This document shows positions 1-10,978 of a stretch of DNA of 64,000 nt, in pieces; within the stretch, counting starts at the first letter, position 1, and each line of letters starts with the position of its first letter. The position numbers and the translations under genes are program-made. A model generated the notes under the pieces. It saw only the letters and a program-made list of their open reading frames with translations. It was not told the origin of the DNA and did not search any database. Source of the DNA: Candidatus Binatia bacterium (lineage in GTDB: Bacteria; Desulfobacterota; Binatia; Bin18); the NCBI GenBank assembly GCA_963666315.2, contig CAXXHG010000001.1:1-64000 (forward strand). The letters run 5' to 3'.

Positions 1-1083
1 CAATGAGAAACGCGGGAAAAGGTCGGCTTGCGCGACCCCGATGCGAGCCGTTGCAGCTTCGAGTTCTCGTTCAGCTTGGCGAATATCGGGCCGACGGCGT
101 AAGAGATCCGAAGGCAAGCCCAGGCTGCCGTCTAAGTCGGCCATTGGAACTGGTCGTTCCAGGGTTAGCTCAGCAGCGAGAGCATGCGGCGGTTGACCCA
201 ATAGGACGCCGAGACGGTGCATGGTTGCTGTGGTCTCGGTTTGCAGGCTAGGGACCCGCGAGCGGGTACTGGCCAACAATGCCTGCGCCTGGGCGAAATC
301 AAGGCCGCTGGTGAGTCCTGCCTGGTAACGCGATTGGGTGACCTCAACGGATTCCTGTTGGGCCTGAATGTTCTGACGGGCGATGGCGAGCCGTTGCTGG
401 AGTCCGCGCAGGTCTATATAGTTGCGCGCAATTTCCGCCAGTAAGGTCACTAAAATATCACGCCGCTCCTCCTCTGCCGCAGCAATATCTGCCTCAGCGG
501 CTTGTACCGACCAATGCATCCGACCGAAAAAATCCAGTTCCCAGCTTGCATCCAGGCCGGTTTGGTAGAAATTGCGGTCTTCGCCAAATCCAAACGTACT
601 CCCGGTGGTATTCTGTGAGCCGGTGGTTGTGTCTGTTTCGTCAGTCAGAAAGTCAGCAAATGAAAAGGATACCGATGCGCTACTACTCCGAGTTCTTGTG
701 TAGGCTCCAGACCAGCCCATAAACGGCCACTGGGCAGCGGCGGTAACCGTACGGGCTGCGCGCGTCTCACGAATGCGCGCAGTGGCTACATGGATATCGC
801 GGTTATTGGTGAGGCCGCGTTCGATCAAAGATTGGAGTAATGGGTCCTGAAAGGTTGCCCACCAGCGGGCCAGATCCAGCCTGGGTGCTTTCGGTGCTGT
901 CTCTGGCGCCTGGCTCCAGGTGTGTGGGATCTGGACGGTAGTGACCGGCTGCTTAGGAGCAACGGTGCAGGCAGCGAAGCATAGGAGGCATATGAGGAGG
1001 GCCAGCCCTGGCCCCTGGGAGACTATCCTCAATAGGCGTGTTGCCGGGTGCCTCCGTAGGAACGGAGCTGGGTACATTAGCAT
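1..1083 (-). CDS. Outer-membrane efflux lipoprotein, NodT/OprM family (partial, runs off the left edge)
   Basis: Not in the ORF track because it has no stop in the window. My translation from ATG 1083 gives lipobox LLCFAAC, then WWATFQDPLL, ASWELDFFG, LLAEIARNYIDLRG and LPSDLLRRRPDIRQAE. It lies downstream of the RND genes. Confidence 0.9.
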   Translation of the reverse strand, partial: MLMYPAPFLRRHPATRLLRIVSQGPGLALLICLLCFAACTVAPKQPVTTVQIPHTWSQAPETAPKAPRLDLARWWATFQDPLLQSLIERGLTNNRDIHVATARIRETRAARTVTAAAQWPFMGWSGAYTRTRSSSASVSFSFADFLTDETDTTTGSQNTTGSTFGFGEDRNFYQTGLDASWELDFFGRMHWSVQAAEADIAAAEEERRDILVTLLAEIARNYIDLRGLQQRLAIARQNIQAQQESVEVTQSRYQAGLTSGLDFAQAQALLASTRSRVPSLQTETTATMHRLGVLLGQPPHALAAELTLERPVPMADLDGSLGLPSDLLRRRPDIRQAERELEAATARIGVAQADLFPRFSL

Positions 1084-1128
1084 AAGCGTTCTTTTTCCAT
1101 AGCGTTCGGACACATGCTGCGCGCTACA

Positions 1129-4100
1129 CTAGCGTGCGCTTTTTTTGTCGACTTCTAGCGGACCGTCTGGTTCTGCATGCTCATGCAGCTGCACTTCCGG
1201 TGGAATCATGTTGAATCCAAAACGTTCGGCCATATAAGTGACAAAGAGATACACCACGGGGATGACAAGCAGGGTAAAGGCGGTCGAGAAGGTCAGACCG
1301 CCGACAATGGCCGCACCGATGGGGCGCCGACTTTCTGCCCCTGCTCCGGTCGTTAAGGCGAGTGGCACAGCCCCGAGTATCGAGGTGACGCTGGTCATGA
1401 GGATGGGCCGAAATCGGTTCCGTCCAGCCTCAAGGACGGCAGGCAGCAGCTCGATACCTCGTGCGCGTGCCTGGTTGGCATAATCCACGAGCAAGATCGA
1501 GTTTTTGGTCACTAGGCCGACGAGTAAAATAATGCCGATTTGGCTGTACAGATTCAGCGTATGGCCGGTGGCGAAGAGAATAAACAGCGCGCCAAACAAG
1601 GCCAGCGGCACGCTGCCGAGAATCGTGAGCGCATGGAAGAAGTTTTCAAACTGAGCCGAGAGCACGAGGTAGATAAAGACCAACGCAATGAGAAAGGTCA
1701 CATAAATGGCCGCCGACGATTCAACAAACTCTCGGGCGCTACCGCCGAGATCGGTGCTGAACCCTGCGGGCAGGACGTCTGCGGCGATGTGCTGCACGTC
1801 TGTCAGCATCTGACCTAAGGTTGCACCGGGAGACAAACTGCCAGTGATAGTGGCCGAGCGCTGCAGGTCATATCGATTCAGCCTGGCCGGGGCAATGGTC
1901 GGAACGGCTTGGACCAAGCCGGACAGCGGCACCATACTCCCGTTTCGGCTGCGGACATAGATTTCTCCGATCTGCTCAGGCAGACTGCGGTAGCGAGAGG
2001 CCAGCGCGGCAATCACGTCGTACTGCTTGCTGCGCATAATGAATTCGTCAATCTTGCCCTGCGAGAGCACGATCTGGAGACTCAGGGCAATGGATGAGAC
2101 CGGGACTCCCAGATCAGCCGCTCGCTCTCGATCAAAAATAATATCCAACTGCGGATTATTGAGCCGCAAATCGCTATCCACATTGATCAGGCTCGGCAGT
2201 CCACGTACGCGGTCCAGCGTGGTGTTGATCACTTGGGTAAATTCTTCTTGCGTGGCCGCCGCATTTTTAATGATAAATTCAAGGTCATTGATACTGCGCT
2301 GATTGAGCGACGGCGGATTGATCGGAAAAACGAGCGCGCCGGGCAGGGCGGAAAACTCATGAAAGAGTTGCCCGACTATGGTCTGCTGTTTCACCTCGCG
2401 CTCTCTCCAGTCGGCCAGCCGGGTAAAGACGATGCCGTCGCTCGTGGTGGGCGGACCACCCAGGGAGAAGCCGATGGCTTCGAAAAATACCTCGACCTCA
2501 GGGATCTGCTGAATGCGTGCTTCGACTTGATCCAAGGTCTGAGCCGTATACGCCAGCGTGGAGCCCTGCGGGGCCTTAATAATGGTGATAAAACGTCCGC
2601 GGTCTTCAACCGGGACGAGCGTGGCGGGGATGACTCTGAGCAGGAGGAGGCCGAGCCCGCTGGTTGCCACAAGAAACAGGCCTATCGACCGCCGGTGGTG
2701 TATGGCCCAGGTGAGAGCGCTCGCGTAGCTGTGATTGAGACCGCTGAAGAATGTTTCAATGACCCGGTAGAGCTTGCCATGGACTGCGGTCACGGTCAGA
2801 AATTGGGAGCACAGCATGGGTACCAATGTCAGGGCGACAAAGGTCGAGATGAGGACACTCCCGGCCATGGTCAGGGCAAACTCCCGAAACAGTCTGCCCA
2901 AATTACCGCTCAAGAGCGAGAGTGGGATGAGGACGGCGACCAGGGAAATCGTGGTAGCAATTACGGGGAAGCCGACTTCTCTCGATCCCCGCCGGGCGCT
3001 GACTATACGTGTTTCACCCAGCTCCTGTCTGCGGTAGACGTTCTCCATGACCACAATGGAGTCGTCGACTAACAGACCGATGGCGAGGACCAAGGCCAGC
3101 AGGGTGAGTACATTCACTGAGAAATCCAGCACGGTCATGACGGCAAAGGTGCCGATCAGAGAGACCGGGATGGCAATCGAGGCAATAATCGTTGCGGCAG
3201 TCGAGCGCAGGAAGACCAAGTTCACCAAGACGACCAAGGCAAAGACTATACCTAAGGTAAACCACACTTCCCTGAGGGACGCCCGGACAAAAATGCTGCT
3301 GTCGACGGCAATCTCAAGATCAACCCCGTCCGGCAAAGCCGCACGAATAGCCGGCAAGGCGCGTCTCACCGCATCCGAGACTTCGAGCTGGTTTGAGCGC
3401 GACTGGCGGATAACGCCTACCCCCACAGTCGGGCGACCGCTGAGGCGGGTGATGAGGTTATAATTTCCAGAGCCCAGTTCGACCCAGCCCACATCCTTGA
3501 TCCGCACCCGGGTTTCACCCTCCTCGCGGATAATGAGGTTTTCGTACACACTCGGATCGTCAATCTGGGCATCGACCAGGACGGTAAATTTTCGTGTGGC
3601 GGCTTCGATTTCTCCGCCAGGAACCTGGAGGTTGTTTTCGATAATGGTGCGGCGTATGTCCGCTGGGTCAACACGGTGGAGGGCCATCTTGGCCGGGTCT
3701 AGCCAGATGCGCATGGCATACTTGCGTCCGCCTAGAAAGATCTCGGCTACCCCAGGCAGGATTTGGAGGGGTGGTTTCACGGTGCGATCCGCAATGTCGG
3801 TCAGATCTTCAGGCGAGTAGACCTCGCTTTGCAGACCCAGCCAAATAATCGGGAAACTATTGGCCCCGAACTTGGCGACGATCGGTCGCTCGGCCTCATC
3901 CGGGATATCGTCGAACGCGCGCTGAATGGCATTGCTCACGTCCGTCACGGCCAGGTCAATATCGCGCCCAGCCACAAACACAACCGTGGTCGAACTGCGG
4001 CTAAAGCCGCTAATCGAGGTGATGTTGCGGATGCCTTCTATGCCGTTGAGTGACTGCTCGATGGGCTCGGTGATGGTACTTTCCACCGTGGTGGGGCTGG

Positions 4101-4260
4101 CGCCAACATAGGTAGTGGTAATCGAGACAACCGGGTTGTCCAGGTCGGGATATTCCCGCACGGGTATGCTGAGAAATGCGGCTAAACCAGCCAGCACGAT
4201 GAGCAGACTCATCACCGTGGCCAGAACCGGACGGGCAATGCAGAAGTCGGACGGCAACAT
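1129..4260 (-). CDS. RND efflux transporter permease subunit (AcrB/AcrD/AcrF family)
   Basis: 1043 aa with RPVLATV, GLLVDDSIVVMENV, TKNSILLVD and RFRPILMTS proton-relay motifs. Confidence 0.95.
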   Translation of the reverse strand: MLPSDFCIARPVLATVMSLLIVLAGLAAFLSIPVREYPDLDNPVVSITTTYVGASPTTVESTITEPIEQSLNGIEGIRNITSISGFSRSSTTVVFVAGRDIDLAVTDVSNAIQRAFDDIPDEAERPIVAKFGANSFPIIWLGLQSEVYSPEDLTDIADRTVKPPLQILPGVAEIFLGGRKYAMRIWLDPAKMALHRVDPADIRRTIIENNLQVPGGEIEAATRKFTVLVDAQIDDPSVYENLIIREEGETRVRIKDVGWVELGSGNYNLITRLSGRPTVGVGVIRQSRSNQLEVSDAVRRALPAIRAALPDGVDLEIAVDSSIFVRASLREVWFTLGIVFALVVLVNLVFLRSTAATIIASIAIPVSLIGTFAVMTVLDFSVNVLTLLALVLAIGLLVDDSIVVMENVYRRQELGETRIVSARRGSREVGFPVIATTISLVAVLIPLSLLSGNLGRLFREFALTMAGSVLISTFVALTLVPMLCSQFLTVTAVHGKLYRVIETFFSGLNHSYASALTWAIHHRRSIGLFLVATSGLGLLLLRVIPATLVPVEDRGRFITIIKAPQGSTLAYTAQTLDQVEARIQQIPEVEVFFEAIGFSLGGPPTTSDGIVFTRLADWREREVKQQTIVGQLFHEFSALPGALVFPINPPSLNQRSINDLEFIIKNAAATQEEFTQVINTTLDRVRGLPSLINVDSDLRLNNPQLDIIFDRERAADLGVPVSSIALSLQIVLSQGKIDEFIMRSKQYDVIAALASRYRSLPEQIGEIYVRSRNGSMVPLSGLVQAVPTIAPARLNRYDLQRSATITGSLSPGATLGQMLTDVQHIAADVLPAGFSTDLGGSAREFVESSAAIYVTFLIALVFIYLVLSAQFENFFHALTILGSVPLALFGALFILFATGHTLNLYSQIGIILLVGLVTKNSILLVDYANQARARGIELLPAVLEAGRNRFRPILMTSVTSILGAVPLALTTGAGAESRRPIGAAIVGGLTFSTAFTLLVIPVVYLFVTYMAERFGFNMIPPEVQLHEHAEPDGPLEVDKKSAR

Positions 4261-4263
4261 GGA

Positions 4264-5469
4264 CTAGAAATGACACGCCGTCAGCAAGACCTTGCTGGCG
4301 CCCAACTCTAGATTCGGATTATCGATAGGCTCATAGGCGTGAGGCTGGACGACGGCTCCGGGCCGGAGTTTTTGATGGCCTGAGACGACAATCGTATCCC
4401 CGGAATGCAGCCCGCTGAGAACCTCCACCCGTTGCAGGGAAAACTGTCCCAACACGACCGGCCGGCTACCGACGATATTGTGCTCTTGAACCGTATACAC
4501 TAGCCGCTTGCTGCCCTGACGGATAATAGACTCGGCAGGGACCAAGAGGGCGTCAGCAACGTCGGCTATCTCAAGACGTAGCGCGGCGGCCATACCGGGT
4601 AAGAGGTTGCCGTCTTCGTTTGGGACAATCGCCTGAATAGTGACGGAGCGCGTTTCCCGGTCAAGAAACGGGTCGATGACACTCACTATAGCGGTGAATG
4701 TGCTATCACAGTTTCCGGCTACACCTCTGACGACCTGCCCGTTTTGAATCTTGGACACATGCTGCTGGGGCAGGCTAAAAACAAGATGCAAGGGCTGCGT
4801 CTGGGTAATCCGGACAACCGCATCACCGGGTTCAAGATAGGCCCCCAAACTTACTCGCCGCAGGCCGAGCCGCCCAGTAAATGGGGCTTGGATGGTCATT
4901 TTGCGCAGAACGGTTCGGGCTTCATCCAGCTCGCCCTTGGTCGCTCGCACGCTAGCGTGGGCGTCGTCAAGCGCCTGTTGTGAGCGTGCCTTGGTCGACA
5001 GCTGCTTGAGCCGCGCAAGCGTCTCCTGCGCGTTCTGATACCGGGCGCGTACAACATCAACGGCCGCTTGGGCTTCATCTGGGTCAATCCGGGCGAGGAC
5101 GTGGCCGGTCTCAACTTCTTGGCCTTCGGGAATATCAAGGAAGACGACTTTGCCGCCACGATCAGCAGTCACTTGTGTGGTATGCGGACTTTCAAGGCTG
5201 CCGACAGCGGCAATGGTGCGCGGCATTCGTGTTGCTTCCAGTGTAATGGTCTGGACTGGGATAGGGGCTGGGGCTTGGTCGCGGGGAGCCCCTTCGGTCT
5301 TCATACATGCACTCAGGAAGAGAGGCAGGAAACAAGAGATGAGACTAGCCAACAGAAAGGAGAACGGCTGCTGACGGAAACGAAGTGCTACCGCACAAAA
5401 GCCGTGCGCTACCGCACAAAAGATGTACGCTAGTGTGCTGTGACGGTGTCGAGTGATGCGTATACCCAT
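4264..5469 (-). CDS. RND periplasmic adaptor (membrane fusion protein)
   Basis: Lipoyl/hairpin motifs GQEVETGHVLARID, IQAPFTG and LLPGM. Directly upstream of the permease. Exact start is uncertain. Confidence 0.92.
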   Translation of the reverse strand: MGIRITRHRHSTLAYIFCAVAHGFCAVALRFRQQPFSFLLASLISCFLPLFLSACMKTEGAPRDQAPAPIPVQTITLEATRMPRTIAAVGSLESPHTTQVTADRGGKVVFLDIPEGQEVETGHVLARIDPDEAQAAVDVVRARYQNAQETLARLKQLSTKARSQQALDDAHASVRATKGELDEARTVLRKMTIQAPFTGRLGLRRVSLGAYLEPGDAVVRITQTQPLHLVFSLPQQHVSKIQNGQVVRGVAGNCDSTFTAIVSVIDPFLDRETRSVTIQAIVPNEDGNLLPGMAAALRLEIADVADALLVPAESIIRQGSKRLVYTVQEHNIVGSRPVVLGQFSLQRVEVLSGLHSGDTIVVSGHQKLRPGAVVQPHAYEPIDNPNLELGASKVLLTACHF

Positions 5470-5687
5470 GAGTGTCTGACCAGACGGTCTACTCCTGTAG
5501 AATTCTTTTGCGTGGACCTGAAGAGCTGTAATCGAAACGCTCCAGCCACTGTCAGCATGTCATAAACACTCAGGCGAGTCACTACGATCTTGAGACAGGC
5601 CAAGCTTCCGAAAACTTGTCTTGACTCATCACGTTGGGTGGGCCATTCAGGAGAGGATCAAAACCCCATAAGAAAAGAGGACATCCT

Positions 5688-6629
5688 ATGCCAGCACCCA
5701 GGGTACGCTTTGGGCTTTCGCTTACAACCTCCCACTCGGCGCAAGCCGATCCGCAGCAGTGCGTGCGAGATGTACTCGAACGGGTGGCGGTCGCCCGCGA
5801 AGTCGGCTTTCACTCTGTCTGGGTAGGAGATCATCATGTGACCCCGCATCATTACCTTCAAAACGTCCCACTCATAGCCCGTATTTGCGCTCTGTCGGGT
5901 CAGATGCAGATCGGCGCGCTGTTTATGCTGCCGCTATTTCAGCCTATTTTATTAGCCGAGCAAGTGGCCACACTCGATGTGATTTCTGAGGGCCGGTTCA
6001 CGCTCAAAACGGCCGTCGGCGGGCAGCAGGACGCACACGAAGCGTTTGGCATTCCGTGGAAGCAACGTGCGAGTCGGTTTGAAGAATGTCTGGACGTCAT
6101 GCGCAAGCTGTGGACCCAAGATCAGGTCACGCATGAGGGACGTTATTGGCAGTTTTCTCATGTCACGATTAATCCCAAGCCGGTGCAGAATCCACTGCCG
6201 GTGTGGATCGGGGCGAGTGCCGATGCGCCGGTCCAACGAGCGGCACGTTTAGCAGACGGCTGGTTGATCGATCCAGGCCAACCGCTGGCTGTGTGTGAGC
6301 AGCGTATCCATTTCTACCGCCAAGCTTTGCAGGAATATAACCGGACTGTTACGGAATTCCCGATTCGGCGAGACGTGTATATCGCTGCGGATCACGATAC
6401 TGCCAAACAGCACACCGATCCGATACTCCAGGCGGGCTATCGCGGATTCCAAGGGGACCGGCTGAGCGCCCTGATTATTGGCAGCCCTGAGGATGCTATC
6501 GCTGCGGTGGAAAAATATGCCGCGCTCGGCTGTAATCATTTTCTTTTTCGCCACATCGTACGCGACCAAAGCCAGATGTTGTCTTCGATCCGATTGATTG
6601 GCGACAAGGTGATCCCGGCTTTTGTCTGA
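5688..6629 (+). CDS. LLM-class flavin-dependent oxidoreductase
   Basis: VWVGDHH, PILLAEQVATLDVISEGRF and INPKPVQNPLPVWIG. RBS GAGG precedes ATG 5688. Confidence 0.9.
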   Translation: MPAPRVRFGLSLTTSHSAQADPQQCVRDVLERVAVAREVGFHSVWVGDHHVTPHHYLQNVPLIARICALSGQMQIGALFMLPLFQPILLAEQVATLDVISEGRFTLKTAVGGQQDAHEAFGIPWKQRASRFEECLDVMRKLWTQDQVTHEGRYWQFSHVTINPKPVQNPLPVWIGASADAPVQRAARLADGWLIDPGQPLAVCEQRIHFYRQALQEYNRTVTEFPIRRDVYIAADHDTAKQHTDPILQAGYRGFQGDRLSALIIGSPEDAIAAVEKYAALGCNHFLFRHIVRDQSQMLSSIRLIGDKVIPAFV

Positions 6630-6686
6630 GCAGAAGGCCTTTGTGTGCACCATTTCCCTTATTGATAAAGAAGAAAGGCTCACAAC

Positions 6687-7709
6687 ATGAAATTCGGTCT
6701 TGTCGAAGATTTTCGCAATCCGCCGCAGTGGCAGCGTCCCTATCCGGAACTTTACCAGGACCTCCTGGACCAAATCGCCCACGTGGAAGACTTGGGCTAC
6801 GACAACATCTGGCTGACTGAACACCACTTTACTGAAGACGGCTATAATCCCTCTTTATTCCCCACGGCTGCCGCGATTGCTGCGCGCACAAGCCGCATCC
6901 GGATTGGAACTTTTATTGTGCTCCTGCCGTTCCAGCATCCCGTGCGAGTGGCCGAAGATGCGACAAGTGTGGACATCTTCTCGAATGGCCGCTTCGATCT
7001 CGGCGTGGGGCAAGGCTATTCTTACCACGAGTTCAATGCCTTCTGTATGCCGCGTAAGGAACGCACTGCCCGTCTCACGGAGGGAGTACAGCTCATTCAA
7101 CAACTCTGGACTGAACCACCTGTGACGTTTGACGGGAAGTTTACCCAAGTGAAGGACATGACCCTCTCACCCATGCCAGTCCAACAACCCCACGTCCCCC
7201 TCTGGATTGGTGCCCGGACAGAGAAAGCCACACGACGTGTTGCGCGGCTGGGCTGCCATCTGATGGCGACGTTTGGGCTGGACCCGGCGCCCTGGTATGT
7301 CGATGAATTACAAAAGCTGGGCCATAATCCTGCCGACTTTAACATTGCCCAGCTGCGTACGGTGTATATTGCCGACAGCGAAGACCAAGCCTGGGAAGAT
7401 GTCCAAGAGTATGCCTTTAGTATGATGGAGTTTTATGGTGACATTGTGCAAGAGGCCAAAGACGTGCCTGGAGATGAAAACTTCTGGACTCCGAAGAAAC
7501 CCCAGGATCTTCGGGACGCTGCTTATGGTCAAAGCGCCATGATCGGTACCGTCGATCAGGTGGCGCGCAAGCTAGAGCAGTTTTGCCAGGACTTTCATTG
7601 CACACATTTTGTTATGAGTACCCAACTGCCAGGGCTTGCTACGCAAAAAGCTAACCGCTCACTGGAAATTTTTGCCGAGGAAGTGATGCCGCATTTTCGG
7701 GAGGCGTAG
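6687..7709 (+). CDS. LLM-class flavin-dependent oxidoreductase
   Basis: IWLTEHHF, HPVRVAEDATSVDIFSNGRFDLGVGQGY and PMPVQQPHVPLWIG. Confidence 0.92.
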   Translation: MKFGLVEDFRNPPQWQRPYPELYQDLLDQIAHVEDLGYDNIWLTEHHFTEDGYNPSLFPTAAAIAARTSRIRIGTFIVLLPFQHPVRVAEDATSVDIFSNGRFDLGVGQGYSYHEFNAFCMPRKERTARLTEGVQLIQQLWTEPPVTFDGKFTQVKDMTLSPMPVQQPHVPLWIGARTEKATRRVARLGCHLMATFGLDPAPWYVDELQKLGHNPADFNIAQLRTVYIADSEDQAWEDVQEYAFSMMEFYGDIVQEAKDVPGDENFWTPKKPQDLRDAAYGQSAMIGTVDQVARKLEQFCQDFHCTHFVMSTQLPGLATQKANRSLEIFAEEVMPHFREA

Positions 7710-7807
7710 CACATAGTCAGAGTTTGCAATTAGCAACAGCAGGGCCTCACGCTGCTGTTGGTGCTCTAGGAATGGTAGAGTGGTAAACTGAAGGAAGGAC
7801 CTGATGT

Positions 7808-8257
7808 ATGGCTTTTCTTGTTCCCGTGACGGGTGGATGTGCCTGTGGCGCAATTCGGTACGAATGTCTGGCGGAGCCGATGTTTACGTGGAAATGCCAC
7901 TGCCGAGAGTGTCAGCGCTCTACAGGAGGCGGCGCGGCTGTTAATCTGGTTTTCCCCATAGCGGTCGTGCAGTTTGTGAAAGGCACGCCGAAGGAGCATA
8001 CCAGCACGGGTATGAGCGGGAACAAGACCCACCGAGGATTCTGCGCTGAGTGTGGGTCTCCCATTTCGGCAAGAGCCGACTTGATCCCGAATATCCGTGG
8101 TATTAGCGCGGCCAGCCTGGATGACCCTGACCAGGTAGAACTGATAGCCCATATTTGGACGTCAAGTGCCCAGCCGTGGGATGAGCTGTCTGCCACGCTC
8201 CCACAGTTTGAGACCACGCCCACCAAGGAAGAGCTCCAAGAGCTCGCCTCCCAATAG
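7808..8257 (+). CDS. GFA/CENP-V family Zn protein (glutathione-dependent formaldehyde-activating-like)
   Basis: GGCACGAIRY, CHCRECQR and RGFCAECGSP. Confidence 0.92.
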   Translation: MAFLVPVTGGCACGAIRYECLAEPMFTWKCHCRECQRSTGGGAAVNLVFPIAVVQFVKGTPKEHTSTGMSGNKTHRGFCAECGSPISARADLIPNIRGISAASLDDPDQVELIAHIWTSSAQPWDELSATLPQFETTPTKEELQELASQ

Positions 8258-8340
8258 CGCGTCATTATTTTTTAACGGGCCTGAGGGAATGGAGCCAGAT
8301 CTTTACTTTAGGAATTCAGCGAGGCTTTTCAGGAAGCCCA

Positions 8341-8493
8341 CACACCGCCATCGTTGGCACGCCACAGGAGTGCCGCAAACAGGCTGAAGCCTTTGAGAAG
8401 GCCGGGGCAGCACACGTGATTCTCTACCCTATGCCGATTGACGAAGATATGGATCGCAGCGTGCGAGCGGCGTTAGAGGCGTTTGTGCAGTAG
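8341..8493 (+). pseudogene. C-terminal remnant of an LLM-class oxidoreductase
   Basis: My translation is HTAIVGTPQECRKQAEAFEKAGAAHVILYPMPIDEDMDRSVRAALEAFVQ*, a typical LLM C-terminus with no start codon or N-terminal region. Confidence 0.7.
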
Positions 8494-8512
8494 CAACAAG
8501 AAGGAGGCAGTC

Positions 8513-9466
8513 ATGCTGGTTGACGGCAAATGGCAAGACGACTGGCAGATGGGAAAGCGCACGGATAGCCAGGGGCATTATATCCGACAGGAATCCGCGT
8601 TTCGGCACTGGGTCACCCCGGATGGCGCTGCCGGACCAACCGGGGAAAGTGGATTCAAGGCCGAGCCCGGACGCTATCATTTATATATTGCACTGGTCTG
8701 TCCCTGGGCCTGTCGAGCGCTGTTGTATCGGAAGCTGAAAAAGCTTGAAGACGTAATCTCTCTGTCCATTTCCATCCCGGAGTTCACAGATCAGGGCTGG
8801 GCCTTTGGCGGAGACTATCCCGGTTCCATCCCCGATCCCCTTTATAACATCCAGTATGTCCACGAACTCTATACCCGGGCCGACCCGGACCTCACCGGCC
8901 GCCCGACCGTTCCGGTGCTGTGGGACAAGGCTCAGGACACCATGGTCAATAATGAATCTGCGGATATCATACGCATGTTCAACAGCGCATTTGACGCCTT
9001 TGGGGATGCGTCAGTAGACTTTTACCCGGAGGCCCTGCGGACTGAAATCGATGCGCTCAATGACCGGATTTATGGCGCATTAAACAACGGCGTGTATCAG
9101 ACTGGTTTTGCCACGTCGCAAGAAGCGTACGATGAGGCTGTTGCAGCCGTTTTTAACTGCCTTGACGATTTAGAGCGGAGGCTTGAAGGACAATCGTATT
9201 TGCTCGGAGAGCGTCTTACCGAGACGGACTGGCGAGCGTTCGTGACCTTGATTCGGTTTGATGTGGCTTATCATGGGTTGTTTAAGTGCAACTTGCGGCG
9301 TCTCACCGACTATCCGAATCTTCCGGTCTATTTGAAACGCTTGTATGATGTGCCTGGGGTTGCTGAAACCGTTGACTTCGATCACATCAAGCGTACCTAC
9401 TACAGCATTAAGAAGGTTAACCCGAGCAGCATTTTCCCCAAAGGGCCGGATAAGATTTTTGTATAA
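8513..9466 (+). CDS. Glutathionyl-hydroquinone reductase (YqjG/ECM4-type GST)
   Basis: GRYHLYIALVCPWACR, TVPVLWDK, VNNESADIIRM and NNGVY. Confidence 0.92.
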   Translation: MLVDGKWQDDWQMGKRTDSQGHYIRQESAFRHWVTPDGAAGPTGESGFKAEPGRYHLYIALVCPWACRALLYRKLKKLEDVISLSISIPEFTDQGWAFGGDYPGSIPDPLYNIQYVHELYTRADPDLTGRPTVPVLWDKAQDTMVNNESADIIRMFNSAFDAFGDASVDFYPEALRTEIDALNDRIYGALNNGVYQTGFATSQEAYDEAVAAVFNCLDDLERRLEGQSYLLGERLTETDWRAFVTLIRFDVAYHGLFKCNLRRLTDYPNLPVYLKRLYDVPGVAETVDFDHIKRTYYSIKKVNPSSIFPKGPDKIFV

Positions 9467-9510
9467 GAACTCAGTTCGCCTCGGCTGATTCAAAGAGGTG
9501 GAGGACATTT

Positions 9511-10482
9511 ATGAAAGCCATGCGCTTGACCCAGTTTGGAAGTCCCGAAAATCTACGCCTTGAAGAGGCACCTGACCCTGAGCTGAGAGAGGGCCATGTC
9601 GCAATTCGGGTCAAAGCCACCGGAATCAACCCTGCCGATCTGGTGCGTATGTCAGGCAAGTACCCGCAGCCGCTTCCTCTCCCATATATCCCAGGTACTG
9701 ATGTAGCGGGTGAGGTCGAAGCGCTTGGCGCGGGAGTGGATCATGTCCAAGTTGGAGACCGGGTCTTTGGCCGCTCGTTGAACGGTGGTGGCTATGCGGA
9801 AAAAGCTTGTCTTCCCACAAATGAAACATTCCCGCTGCCGACGAACCTCCCATTTACTGAAGGGGCCGCAATCCCGGTCCCGTTCTACACCGCCTATGTT
9901 GCCCTTCACCACAAGGCGCAACTCAAAGAAGGAGAGACCGTCCTCATCTCGGCTGGTGGCGGTGGCGTTGGTGTGGCTGCGATACAGCTTGCCAAAGCTG
10001 CTGGTGCACGAGTGATTACCACGGTGGGTTCTCAAGAAAAGGTTGACCGGACAAAAGAATTAGGCGCGGATGTCGCGCTGAATTATAAAGAGCAAGATTT
10101 TGCGGCTGAGGTGCAAAATCTTACTGGCGGCAAAGGCGTTGATGTCATCATCGAGAATGTTGCAGCTGACAATTTTGCCAAGGACTTTACCGCGCTTGGC
10201 CGACATGGCCGAATTGTACTCATCGGCACCGGAACCGGCAAAGCCCCTGAGGCAACGTTTATGACTGGGATGGCCTTATTTAAGGAAGTTACGATCTATG
10301 GCATGGCCTTGCCGAATTCGGTTGAACACATCCCTGACATTGCCAATGCACTCACTCCTCTGTTTGCAGATGAGAAGATCAAAGCCATTGTGCATAAGAG
10401 CTATGCACTAGTGGAAGCTCCACAAGCGCTACAGGATCTCGTTGCGGCAAACGTGTTTGGGAAGTTAGTGCTCGTGCCATGA
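9511..10482 (+). CDS. NADPH:quinone oxidoreductase / MDR (zeta-crystallin) family
   Basis: GINPAD, PYIPGTDVAG, AGGGGVG Rossmann motif and FGKLVL. Confidence 0.9.
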   Translation: MKAMRLTQFGSPENLRLEEAPDPELREGHVAIRVKATGINPADLVRMSGKYPQPLPLPYIPGTDVAGEVEALGAGVDHVQVGDRVFGRSLNGGGYAEKACLPTNETFPLPTNLPFTEGAAIPVPFYTAYVALHHKAQLKEGETVLISAGGGGVGVAAIQLAKAAGARVITTVGSQEKVDRTKELGADVALNYKEQDFAAEVQNLTGGKGVDVIIENVAADNFAKDFTALGRHGRIVLIGTGTGKAPEATFMTGMALFKEVTIYGMALPNSVEHIPDIANALTPLFADEKIKAIVHKSYALVEAPQALQDLVAANVFGKLVLVP

Positions 10483-10503
10483 AGAGAGTTGAGATTAACG
10501 ACC

Positions 10504-10967
10504 TCAGCCCCTATTGCACGGAACTGAATGCCGCTCCTTAAACGTAAACGCATGTTCCGAAGGACCGTGCTTGCGCAGATGTTCGAGTCGTTGGGTCCCT
10601 CGTCAACTGAAGGGACCGTACCGGCACTGACCCACCATAATGCAAGGGTGGGCATGTCTGACTTTTCAAACCATCTCTCCCGATCCTGAAGCAGACCAAC
10701 TTTTGCTGTCTCTTAAGCAAACTCGTATAGAGTCTCAATCGAGGCCCAGGCCGACATATTGACCAGGATAGACGCATCAGCCTCAATGCGGATGTCTGTG
10801 GCATTGCCCGCGTCGGTCTGGAGTCGCCACACAAAACCGGAGCTGTTGTCTGCAAGCTGATTGACTGCATAAAGCTGGGCACCGAAGTCGGCCAAACGCG
10901 GATCATCGATCGGCGCGATCATTGAAGCGATATTGATTTGGGCAAGCTGATATTGTGTCGTTTTCAT
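10504..10967 (-). pseudogene. DUF3291 family protein, disrupted
   Basis: LAQINIA...GFVWRL...VNMSAW, then an in-frame TAA at 10713-10715. It continues DRERWFEK...LALWWV, then shifts frame near 10597 to RLEHLRKHGPSEHAFTF. Confidence 0.8.
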
Positions 10968-10978
10968 TGCTCGGTTCG